Assembly: GCA_030625165.1 (NCBI GenBank)
Contig: DAOURL010000002.1
Span: 1 to 43,200, forward strand
DNA: 43,200 bases
Direction: 5' to 3'
Origin: Methanosarcinales archaeon
GTDB taxonomy: Archaea; Halobacteriota; Methanosarcinia; Methanosarcinales; Methanogasteraceae
In this document: positions 34,894-43,200 of the stretch, in pieces
Layout of the letters: every line of letters begins with the position of its first letter
Numbering within the stretch: the stretch's first letter is position 1
Position numbers and translations under genes: made by a program
The notes under the pieces: model-generated
Seen by the model: the letters and a program-made list of their open reading frames with translations, nothing else
Told to the model about the DNA's origin: nothing
Database searches by the model: none

Positions 34894-37197
34894 ATGAGCA
34901 GGTACATCTCGCATCCGCTGATCCGGAAGGATATGATCGAGCAGCGGCTGTACCAGCTCTCAGTCACTTCGTCTGCGCTCAAAAGTTCGTGCCTGGCTGT
35001 GCTGCCGACAGGGCTTGGAAAGACGATCGTTGCGCTCATGGTGATCGCAGCACGGCTGAACGATCTCGGAGGCAAGGTAATGATCCTCTCGCCGACAAAG
35101 CCACTTGTGGAGCAGCATTCCGATTTTTTCAGGCAGGCGCTTCCCGGCTGCACGGTTGCAACGTTTACAGGAAGCATCCCGCCTGAAAAGCGGGCAGAAC
35201 TCTGGAAAGACTCGCAGGTCATCGTCTCTACGCCGCAGGTCATCGAGAACGATCTCCGTGCAAGGCGCATCGATCTTCGTGACGTGGTGCATATCACATT
35301 CGATGAGGCGCACCGTGCGGTCGGCAGATATGCTTACGTCTACATTGCGAAGCGGTATTTCGAGGATCTCAGTGCGGGTGCCGGGGCGGATGTCGATGCG
35401 GGAGCGGGTGCAGATGCAAAGTCGCGGCTCGTGCTTGGCATAACCGCAAGTCCTGGAAGCAATCCGGAGACGATCGCTGATGTATGCGAGAACCTCCATA
35501 TCGAGTGCGTGGAGGTAAAAAGCGAGACCGATTCCGATGTGATCCCGTACCTGCATGACCGGGACATCGAGTGGGTGCGTGTCGAGATACCTTCCAAGAT
35601 TAGGGAGTTAAAACAGGTACTTCTGAAGGTGCTTGCGGATCGGTCCTCGAAAATAACGGATTTTGGTTTTAATGTCTCGCCGGATTCGTCGAAGCGGGAA
35701 CTACTCGACCTGCAGAGCAAACTCCATGCGCAGGTCGCCGAAGGGGGCGACAGGGATTCATTCTCCGCAATCTCGATTCTTGCCGAGATCTTCAAGATCA
35801 GCCATGCGATCGAACTCGGGGAGACGCAAGGAGTGGAGGCACTTGTACGCTACTTCGACCGCTTGAATGCGGAGGCGCGATCCGGAAGCGGGAGCAAGGC
35901 ATCGAAGCGTCTTGCCATGGATCCTGATATGCGCCGTGCGATTGCGATGCTTTCCGCGTGTGACGAGGAGCATCCGAAACTGGATGCGGTTCGGAGGATC
36001 GTTGCAGATCAACTGCGAGGCAACCTTGATTCAAGGGTGATCGTCTTCACAAACTTCCGTGACAGCGCGGAGATGGTGACAAAGGCACTTTCTGATGTGG
36101 ACGGGGTTTCTGCGGTCAGGTTCGTCGGGCAGGCAAGCAAATACAAGGATAAGGGCTTGACCCAGAAGCAGCAGACCGAGATCATCAGCAAATTCAGGTC
36201 AGGAGAGTACAACACACTCGTGGCGACATCAGTTGCAGAGGAAGGACTTGATATCCCATCGACAGACCTTGTCCTCTTCTATGAGCCGGTTCCGTCAGAG
36301 ATACGCACGATCCAGAGGAAAGGGAGGACCGGCAGGAAGCGCGCAGGCAGGATCGTTGTTTTGATTGCGAAAGGATCGCGGGATGAGGCGGCATACTGGA
36401 TCAGCGCACGGAAAGAGGCGAAGATGCTCGCAACAATTGCGAATATGAGCGGATCGCGGTCGAAGTCGAAGCCGGTCTCGATGCCGATGTCGAGACCGAT
36501 TAGGGAGCCTGCAATCGAGCGGACGCAACTGGCAGAGTTTTCAGAGGAGGGTCTGGTCGCATACATCGACCACAGGGAGATCCGGTCTGGCGTATCGCAG
36601 ATCCTTGAGGCGGCAGGGGTCGAGGTGGTAATGCGGACGCTTGAGATCGGGGACTACCTCTTGAGCGATCGTGTCTGTGTCGAGCGAAAGACCACAAGTG
36701 ATTTTATCAGTTCGCTGATCAGCGGACGGCGTGAGTTGTTCGGGCAGATTTCGGATCTTGCACGGACGTTTGACAAACCTGTGCTGATCATCGAGGGGAA
36801 CGACCTTTACGGGCAGAGACAGATTCATCCGAATGCGGTACGCGGCGCACTCACGGCTATAGCGATCGATTTTGGCGTGCCGATCCTCATGAGCAAGGAC
36901 GCTGAGGATACCGCGCTGATGCTTGCAGCGATTGCGAGAAGAGAGCAGCAGGATCACGGGCGGGAGGTCGTGATGCACGGCAAGCGGTCTGCGATGATGC
37001 TTCCGCAGCAGCAGGAGTATGTCGTCTCAGCAATGCCTGAGATCGGACCTGTCGTTGCGAAGAATCTGCTCAAGCACTTCGGAACGGTTGCCGCGGTGAT
37101 GAGCGCGAGCCGCGAGGAACTGATGACCGTGGAGCTAGTCGGACCGAAGACCGCGGACCGGATACGCGAGGTGGTCGGAGGGGAGTACAAGGGGTGA
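34894..37197 (+). CDS. hef: Hef helicase/nuclease (SF2 DEAH + ERCC4/XPF + HhH)
   Basis: PTGLGKT, DEAH, TASPG, QRKGRTGR, GDYLL..VERKT and C-terminal HhH motifs. Confidence 0.95.
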   Translation: MSRYISHPLIRKDMIEQRLYQLSVTSSALKSSCLAVLPTGLGKTIVALMVIAARLNDLGGKVMILSPTKPLVEQHSDFFRQALPGCTVATFTGSIPPEKRAELWKDSQVIVSTPQVIENDLRARRIDLRDVVHITFDEAHRAVGRYAYVYIAKRYFEDLSAGAGADVDAGAGADAKSRLVLGITASPGSNPETIADVCENLHIECVEVKSETDSDVIPYLHDRDIEWVRVEIPSKIRELKQVLLKVLADRSSKITDFGFNVSPDSSKRELLDLQSKLHAQVAEGGDRDSFSAISILAEIFKISHAIELGETQGVEALVRYFDRLNAEARSGSGSKASKRLAMDPDMRRAIAMLSACDEEHPKLDAVRRIVADQLRGNLDSRVIVFTNFRDSAEMVTKALSDVDGVSAVRFVGQASKYKDKGLTQKQQTEIISKFRSGEYNTLVATSVAEEGLDIPSTDLVLFYEPVPSEIRTIQRKGRTGRKRAGRIVVLIAKGSRDEAAYWISARKEAKMLATIANMSGSRSKSKPVSMPMSRPIREPAIERTQLAEFSEEGLVAYIDHREIRSGVSQILEAAGVEVVMRTLEIGDYLLSDRVCVERKTTSDFISSLISGRRELFGQISDLARTFDKPVLIIEGNDLYGQRQIHPNAVRGALTAIAIDFGVPILMSKDAEDTALMLAAIARREQQDHGREVVMHGKRSAMMLPQQQEYVVSAMPEIGPVVAKNLLKHFGTVAAVMSASREELMTVELVGPKTADRIREVVGGEYKG

Positions 37198-37261
37198 AGA
37201 GGTGTTGATAAATCATGAATCGGAGTCTTAAATACCGGAAAGTCGGTCAGGGAGTCTCTGT

Positions 37262-37591
37262 ATGAGGATCTGGGACGTGCCTCCTGACCGGATGTGCCGC
37301 AATCATCTGCTCGGCGAGCACAGGGAAATCCATGCCGTGTGGTCGATAATAACCAACAACAAGAAAGCGTATTCGAACCATCCTGAGATCCTGCGGTGGA
37401 GGGGGCGGCTCAAGGCGCTGTACCTCCGGCATGAGGAACTGGTTACCGAGATGGCGGCGAGGGGGTATAAGCATCATACGCCAATGGATCCAGAACTTGC
37501 GACAGGGGAATCCGTACAGACAGAATTCGTTGCAACTTATGAGGAACAGATCCGAATATTGAGAGAGCGGGGATGCGAATGCAGGGTGTGA
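37262..37591 (+). CDS. Pyrimidine dimer DNA glycosylase / endonuclease V (T4 PDG-like) family protein
   Basis: MRIWD..P..MCRNHLLGEHRE, YSNHPE..RW, EMAARGYKH motifs. Confidence 0.82.
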   Translation: MRIWDVPPDRMCRNHLLGEHREIHAVWSIITNNKKAYSNHPEILRWRGRLKALYLRHEELVTEMAARGYKHHTPMDPELATGESVQTEFVATYEEQIRILRERGCECRV

Positions 37592-37846
37592 TCTGAGGAT
37601 GAGTACAAGATAGGGGGGCTCCAGGAACTGGTCGGATACACGAGGTGGCAGGAGGAGCGTATAAAGGGGATGGGCGGCGATTAGGTATCATTGCGGTGCA
37701 GAACAGCGAGTCTGCACAAAGCTTTGTGCCAAAGGCATTGACACAGATGAAAAGCTTTTCAGAATATTTTTTATAGTATAAGTTCGTAATTGTAACATAA
37801 TGGAAATGCAGTGTTAGCAATTGGGTATAATAGGAGACAATTTGAT

Positions 37847-38950
37847 ATGGACTTCATAGATCAGCTAAAAGGATTATCCAGCCAGATTTCTAAACAATTG
37901 GATCATATAGGAACGGAAGAAGCAACAAAGAACGCCCTTGTTATGCCATTTATTAATATTTTAGGATACAATGTTTTCGATCCTGCGGAAGTTGTGCCAG
38001 AATTTACTTGTGATGTTGGTACAAAGAAAGGGGAAAAAGTTGATTATGCCATAATAAAGGATGGAAATCCGATTATATTATTTGAGTGTAAATCTGCAAA
38101 CTCTGATCTGGAAAAGGAACATGCAGCCCAACTTTATAGATATTTTTCAGTTACTAAAGTGAGGGTTGGGGTTCTAACTAATGGAATTATTTATAAATTT
38201 TATAGTGATCTTGAAGACACCAACAAATTGGACGAAAAGCCATTTCTCGAACTTGATATGCTTGACATAAAGGAACCTCTTTTGGAAGAATTGAAACGTT
38301 TTAGAAAAGAATCGTTTGATGAAGTTGGCATAGTATCATCAGCAAGCGAGTTAAAATATACGAAAGAAATGAAAAGGATTCTTGGGGAAGAATTGAATTC
38401 GCCTTCTGAAGAATTTGTCAGATTCTTCACAAAACAGGTTTACTCTGGCAAACTGACAAAGCGAGTCAAGGAAGATTTCAAGGATATTACTCATCGTGCT
38501 TTCAAACAATTTGTCAATGAAAAGATAAGTGACAGATTGAAATCCGCGTTAGAGGAAGAAGTTGGTAGTGATGTCCAAGAGGTTGAGAATCTTGAAGAGG
38601 AAAAAGATGATGGGATTGTCACGACAGAAGAAGAGGTAGAGGGTTTTCATATCGTTCGTGCAATATTGTATGAAATTACTGACCCTGAAAGAATCACTTT
38701 AAGAGATAGGAAAAATTATTGCAACGTTCTTTTAGACAATAATATTAAAAAACGGGTTTGCCGGTTCTACTTCGATGGTAAACAGAAATATGTTGGATTC
38801 TTCGATGAAAACAAAGTGGAAGAAAAGGTGCAGATAGATAAATTGAGTGATATCTATAAATATGCTGAGAAACTCAAAGCAACAATCGGTTATTATGAGG
38901 GAAATATCCCATCTGAAGCTCATCCGGAAAAATCGGTATCGAGTTCTTGA
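37847..38950 (+). CDS. Stand-alone HsdR N-terminal-domain (type I restriction-like) endonuclease
   Basis: TEEATKNALVMPFI..LGY, EVVPEF..DVGTKKGEKVDYAI, FECK, QLYRYF, LTNG motifs; AT-rich. Confidence 0.88.
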   Translation: MDFIDQLKGLSSQISKQLDHIGTEEATKNALVMPFINILGYNVFDPAEVVPEFTCDVGTKKGEKVDYAIIKDGNPIILFECKSANSDLEKEHAAQLYRYFSVTKVRVGVLTNGIIYKFYSDLEDTNKLDEKPFLELDMLDIKEPLLEELKRFRKESFDEVGIVSSASELKYTKEMKRILGEELNSPSEEFVRFFTKQVYSGKLTKRVKEDFKDITHRAFKQFVNEKISDRLKSALEEEVGSDVQEVENLEEEKDDGIVTTEEEVEGFHIVRAILYEITDPERITLRDRKNYCNVLLDNNIKKRVCRFYFDGKQKYVGFFDENKVEEKVQIDKLSDIYKYAEKLKATIGYYEGNIPSEAHPEKSVSSS

Positions 38951-38991
38951 TGGGAGTAATGGTTTCGTTCAGGTATGAAGAGAGGTAGAAA

Positions 38992-39213
38992 ATGAAATTT
39001 CAGGTTGTGATTGAAGAAGATCTGGAAGATGGTGGGTATGTTGTGCATTGCCCGGCTCTCAAAGGGTGTTGGTCACAGGGAGACACGATGGAAGAAGCGT
39101 TGGGGAATATAAAAGAGGCTATTGTCGGATATTTAAAGACATTAAACGATAGAGCGATGCACGATGTTAAAAGCCCCGATAGAGCTCTGATCAAAGAAGT
39201 AGCGGTGATCTAA
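38992..39213 (+). CDS. hicB: HicB-family antitoxin (short form, no DNA-binding domain)
   Basis: DGGYVVHCPALKGCWSQGDTMEEALGNIKEAI. Confidence 0.9.
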   Translation: MKFQVVIEEDLEDGGYVVHCPALKGCWSQGDTMEEALGNIKEAIVGYLKTLNDRAMHDVKSPDRALIKEVAVI

Positions 39214-39217
39214 TATC

Positions 39218-39463
39218 GTGGATAAACTTCCTCGGTGGTCGGGCAGGAAGATAATCCGCGTATTCAAGAAAGCCGGTTGGATCGTGGATCGTATCGAGGG
39301 AAGTCATCATATTCTGGTAAAGGAAGGGGTAGAAGAGATCCTATCTGTACCGGTGCATGGAACTAAGCCAATAAAGGTTGGACTCCTAAAAGGACTGATA
39401 AAAGATGCGGGACTTACGAATGAAGAGTTTCTATGGCTTTGTTATAAAAAGAGGAGGGGGTAG
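39218..39463 (+). CDS. hicA: HicA-family toxin
   Basis: GW...RIEGSHHIL...SVPVHG...GLLKGLIKDAGL. Confidence 0.9.
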   Translation: MDKLPRWSGRKIIRVFKKAGWIVDRIEGSHHILVKEGVEEILSVPVHGTKPIKVGLLKGLIKDAGLTNEEFLWLCYKKRRG

Positions 39464-39502
39464 AAGTGCTTAAAGTTCAAAAGAATCCGATCGAGGAACA
39501 CA

Positions 39503-39919
39503 ATGGATAAAAAGCGAATAGCGCGGTACGTGAGCAAGATTCAGTTGATCGAGGAGCGCATAGAGGATATCCAGTCATGGGAATGCGATTTTACCACAGA
39601 TAAACGCTCCCGTCTTGCGATCTACAAGGCGATGCAGGAGATTGTGGAGGCGAGCATGGATGTGCTTGCAATGCGCCTGAAAGATTCGGAAAAACTGCCG
39701 ATGGATGATTACACCAACATCGACCGGGCGTACAAGTCCGGGATCATCGATGAAAGAATAAAATATGCACTGGAAGAAGCGAATGGACTGCGAAATCGCC
39801 TTGTTCACGGATACAACGGCATCGACGAAACCGTGGCACTGGAATCGATGAAGTCGCTCTTCCCACTTTTTGAAGCGTATATAGAACGGATGAGGCAATG
39901 GTTGAAAGAACTGATCTGA
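39503..39919 (+). CDS. hepT: HEPN (DUF86/HepT-like) ribonuclease toxin
   Basis: GLRNRLVHGY, an R-X4-H motif. Confidence 0.88.
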   Translation: MDKKRIARYVSKIQLIEERIEDIQSWECDFTTDKRSRLAIYKAMQEIVEASMDVLAMRLKDSEKLPMDDYTNIDRAYKSGIIDERIKYALEEANGLRNRLVHGYNGIDETVALESMKSLFPLFEAYIERMRQWLKELI

Positions 39920-40296
39920 AGACGTTAAGGGGTGATTTCTCCTTTATCAAGGATAATCCACGCGTGAGCGGGGTGTTGCTGTTCGGATCGCGGGTGAACG
40001 GTGATATCACGAGGGGTGACTATGATATCTGTGTCGTATCACCCGAGTCGAAGCCGTCTGTTGTGCTATCAGAAATCTATCGACATGTCGATGTACATTC
40101 AAAAAGGTATGATGTGTATACGTTTGAGGAATTGCCGCTTTATATGAAGATGGAGGTGATTTCAAACCACGAAATTATATTTGCGAGGGACGTGCCGGAG
40201 TTGTACGAATATTTCTATTTCTTCAGGAAACTGTGGAAAGAACAGGAGATGCGGCAGAACGTCTCTGTTGCGGAGATGGCGGGGATGATTGGGTAG
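39898..40296 (+). CDS. mntA: Minimal nucleotidyltransferase antitoxin
   Basis: LFGSRVNG...DYDICV, FEELPLYMK motifs; overlaps the HEPN gene. Confidence 0.88.
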   Translation: MVERTDLKTLRGDFSFIKDNPRVSGVLLFGSRVNGDITRGDYDICVVSPESKPSVVLSEIYRHVDVHSKRYDVYTFEELPLYMKMEVISNHEIIFARDVPELYEYFYFFRKLWKEQEMRQNVSVAEMAGMIG

Positions 40297-40402
40297 GGTT
40301 TGTTTTTTAAGATAGTCAGATCGCGCTGCTTGACATCGCAACACCGAGCAGATGCAAATCTGCGTTATCTTCATTACCCACCCCACACCATACCCGCAAT
40401 AG

Positions 40403-41242
40403 ATGTCTGATGAACGAGAACGAGAACTCTTCGAGCAGAGGTACCGGCAGTGGATCGTATCGATCGCATCCGAGATCGCAGTCTCGATGAGAAAACTCGA
40501 TCCGCCCCGGATAAAGGAGTTGCTCGAACGATGCAAAGGGTACGAAAGAGACCCGCCATCGATGTACGATGCCATCTCAGATGACGTCCGTGCACGGATG
40601 GGGCGAATGGTTGGAGGCGACCGATTGCAGGGCATCTTGATGCTGTCGTCGAATGCGGTTGCGTTCTCGCCGTCGATATTCATGCAGCGCCCGAGCGTTC
40701 TCGATTACACGATCGCTATGAACAGGCGATTCTTCTTTAAAACCGGCTGGTTCTCAATAATCGTAGTCAGCCAACCCTACATCGAGCAAGCAACCGACAA
40801 CATGCTCCACTTTGTCCTCGAACACGAACTGATCCAGAACGCAATGTATACCGAGCACGTGGAGCGTTACGGGCATCTCTTCCTTGCTCCCGGTGAGAAA
40901 CGCGCGATCGATGAGAAAGCGATGGAGCAGGCGATCGAGCAGTCAGGAATCACGGAAGAAGAGCACTTGAGAGAACATGAGTTGATGGACGAGATTGCGA
41001 CGTATTCGCCTGTTGTGCCAAAATCCTTTGCAGAGACCTCGCTCTTTGAGTACCTCGAAAAATACTGGGATGATGTAAAAGATCTCGGAGTCAAAGGGGA
41101 AACCGAGTCCGAAAAGGAGTTTGAGGCGATGATCTCCCAGAACTCCGGGTGGCTTGATTTTTCGCATGAAACGTATGGATTGTTCCTCGCAGGGTTAAAG
41201 CGGGAACTGGATCTCACGTATCTGGAGTACGGGTATGCGTGA
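40403..41242 (+). CDS. Hypothetical protein
   Basis: 279-aa ORF with backbone-like composition; FVLEHELIQ resembles a degenerate HExxH motif. Confidence 0.75.
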   Translation: MSDERERELFEQRYRQWIVSIASEIAVSMRKLDPPRIKELLERCKGYERDPPSMYDAISDDVRARMGRMVGGDRLQGILMLSSNAVAFSPSIFMQRPSVLDYTIAMNRRFFFKTGWFSIIVVSQPYIEQATDNMLHFVLEHELIQNAMYTEHVERYGHLFLAPGEKRAIDEKAMEQAIEQSGITEEEHLREHELMDEIATYSPVVPKSFAETSLFEYLEKYWDDVKDLGVKGETESEKEFEAMISQNSGWLDFSHETYGLFLAGLKRELDLTYLEYGYA

Positions 41243-41329
41243 CCTTCATCTCGTGTCGCATCCACCTGTTCGTCAGTTCCGGTCGGGCAGAAATCTATTT
41301 TACCAGACAACGCCGACTTAACAGCGATC

Positions 41330-42526
41330 ATGCACCTCACACCGTCCGAAGAACTTATCTTAAACGGCGAGCAGGGCTATGTCCTGCAAAAGGCGATGGA
41401 GATACTCGCAGCGCTCGGCGATATCTATGATGCCGACCGGCTGATACCCATAAAGAGCACCCAGATCGCGGGAGTGTCCTACAAGAACATAGGCGAAGCC
41501 GGGCTTGAATGGATATCCGGTCTCAGCGGCACGGTCAAGGTTCCATCGGTACTCAATCCGGCAGGGCTTGACCGTGTGCGGTGGAGGGAACTATCGATAT
41601 CAGAGGAGTTCGCCGCAAAACAGGATGAGGTTATCCGCGCTTACGAGAGCTTGGGCATCCTTCCGTGGTGCACCTGCACGCCTTACGAGATACGGACAGA
41701 TCTCGCCATGCCCGGAGACCATCTTGCATGGAGCGAGTCGTCTGCTGTGGCTTATGCGAACTCTGTCATCGGAGCACGGACAAACCGGGAAGGCGGTCCC
41801 TCTGCTCTTGCCGCGGCATTGATCGGGAAGACGCCGAACTACGGCTACCACCTCGACGAGAACCGGCTGCCGTCCATCGCAATCCATGTCGAGGGGAGAC
41901 TCCGCGGCGCGGATTATGGCGCACTCGGCTACATCGCAGGCGCAATCGCAGGATCAGGGGTCCCGATCTTTTCGCTTGAGTCCGTGCCCACAAACGATGA
42001 ACGGAAAGCCCTTGGTGCGGCGATGGCTGCATCAGGCGCTGTTGCGCTCCACTACATCGAGGGTGCGCCGCCTCTGCCACCTACACTGCCGCATCTGCAT
42101 CCGCATCCGCCCCCTGGTGCGCGTGACATTGGCGAGCCGGTCATCATCGAACATGCCGAGATCGAGGAGGTGTACCAGACGCACCAGTGCGATCCCGACC
42201 TCATCGCAATCGGCTGTCCGCACTGTTCTGCAACCGAACTTGTGAGACTACGGGACCTGCTTGCTGGTAAGACCGTGACAAAGGAGTTCTGGATCTTCAC
42301 ATCAGGGATAATGCGGGATCGGCACCCAGACCTCGTGGCAGGGATCGAATCGAGCGGTGCAAAGGTGATATGCGATACGTGCATGGTGGTCTCGCCGCTC
42401 TGTGAACGCTTCCGTTGCATGATGGTCTCTTCCGGAAAGGCGCTCGCTTACGTTCCGCAGATGTGTGGGTCAGATGCCGTGCTCGGCAGCATCGAGGACT
42501 GCGTGAGGTCAGCGGTCGCGCCATAA
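41330..42526 (+). CDS. Aconitase X-type phosphomevalonate dehydratase large subunit
   Basis: GVSYKNIG, LNPAG, CTCTPY, AWSESSA..ANSVIGARTNREGGP, IGCPHCS, DTCMVVSP, SGKALAY motifs. Confidence 0.9.
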   Translation: MHLTPSEELILNGEQGYVLQKAMEILAALGDIYDADRLIPIKSTQIAGVSYKNIGEAGLEWISGLSGTVKVPSVLNPAGLDRVRWRELSISEEFAAKQDEVIRAYESLGILPWCTCTPYEIRTDLAMPGDHLAWSESSAVAYANSVIGARTNREGGPSALAAALIGKTPNYGYHLDENRLPSIAIHVEGRLRGADYGALGYIAGAIAGSGVPIFSLESVPTNDERKALGAAMAASGAVALHYIEGAPPLPPTLPHLHPHPPPGARDIGEPVIIEHAEIEEVYQTHQCDPDLIAIGCPHCSATELVRLRDLLAGKTVTKEFWIFTSGIMRDRHPDLVAGIESSGAKVICDTCMVVSPLCERFRCMMVSSGKALAYVPQMCGSDAVLGSIEDCVRSAVAP

Positions 42527-42620
42527 CGCTGATACTCTTGATTCTGCCCATATCCGGAGATGGTTTCGGGTACGATGTATTCCGATCGCAAACTAATGAA
42601 GACTCGATTACTCTTCCGGA

Positions 42621-42700
42621 ACTATCATGAGACTTTGTTATGCTGGCACTACCTGGACCGGAACCAAACAGGGAAGTTAACCGCAGAGGACGCAAGAGCC
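42621..42700. mobile_element. Truncated MITE family C fragment
   Basis: ACTATCATGAGACTT...CCGGAACCAAACAGGGAAGTTAACCGCAGAGG aligns with the left half of 42722-42946; no terminal repeats. Confidence 0.65.
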
Positions 42701-42721
42701 CGTGAAGAAGGACGAAAAAAA

Positions 42722-42946
42722 GTAACTACTCAAGTACCTAAAACACTATCACGAGACTTCACCTATACCGGCACTATCTGACCCGGGACATACCGGAACC
42801 AAACAGGGAATTTAACCGCGGAGGGCGCAGAGGAACGCGGAGGAGGCTAAAAACTCTGCGAACCTCTGCGTACTCCGCGGTTATTTTTCTTGACAGAAAG
42901 CACAGGATCGCAATCAGGAGACCAATCAGCATACCTGAGTAGTTAC
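42722..42946. mobile_element. MITE family C, copy 2 (225 bp)
   Basis: GTAACTACTCAAGTA...TACCTGAGTAGTTAC; internal sequence colinear with 27383-27618. Confidence 0.88.
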
Positions 42947-42966
42947 TTTTTTTCTTTTCTTTTTCC

Positions 42967-43200
42967 GTAACTACACAGGTACCTAAACCACTATCGGGGG
43001 ACTTCACTATGCAGGGACTACCCGAGACATGGGCATACTGTAACCAAACAGGGAATTTAACCGCAGAGTGCGCGGAGGGGCGCGGAGGGGGGATAAATGG
43101 TTAAATGCTCTGCGTTCCTCTGCGCCCTCCGCGGTTATTTTTCTTGTCAGAAAGTGCAGGATCACAATCGGGAGACCAATCAACATACCTGAGTAGTTAC
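42967..43200. mobile_element. MITE family C, copy 3 (234 bp, ends at the last base of the window)
   Basis: GTAACTACACAGGTA...TACCTGAGTAGTTAC; highly similar to 27383-27618. Confidence 0.9.

Noticed and set aside
15639..37197. Inteins in RadA, LonB or Hef
   Set aside because: Protein lengths are normal and no intein splice motifs interrupt the conserved blocks.
37595..37684. Open frame EDEYKIGGLQELVGYTRWQEERIKGMGGD* that looks like a gene 3' remnant
   Set aside because: No start codon and no family recognised; too short to support.

Overview
Archaeal chromosomal window, Methanosarcinales/Methanomicrobia-like (Methanosarcina-type CdhE, S-layer-domain protein with PGF-CTERM, FmdE, RadA, LonB, Hef, Elp3, Sec61beta, AcnX-type phosphomevalonate dehydratase); the exact lineage cannot be fixed from sequence alone. 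A housekeeping backbone is interrupted by short AT-rich accessory inserts: a type IIG-like R-M gene with relics at the left edge, a three-gene wHTH/DUF3467 module, a NYN RNase, and an HsdR_N + HicBA + HEPN/MNT cluster. There are two MITE families, one with 9-bp and one with 8-bp target duplications, which share a periodic palindromic core; one copy carries two nested micro-insertions. The most striking unexplained feature is a gene-free tandem array at 29853-30475. It has three ~245-bp units, each with its own BRE/TATA promoter, followed by a 75-85 nt RNA-like unit closed by an invariant 11-13 bp stem around a variable C/A-rich loop. Each unit begins with a leaderless 5-codon ORF (MRAGF-stop) that varies only synonymously, and two units have a conserved palindromic operator. 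A DNA-damage-box-like TTTCACTTTCA motif lies upstream of both radA and uvrC. All calls come from manual reading; no database searches were run.
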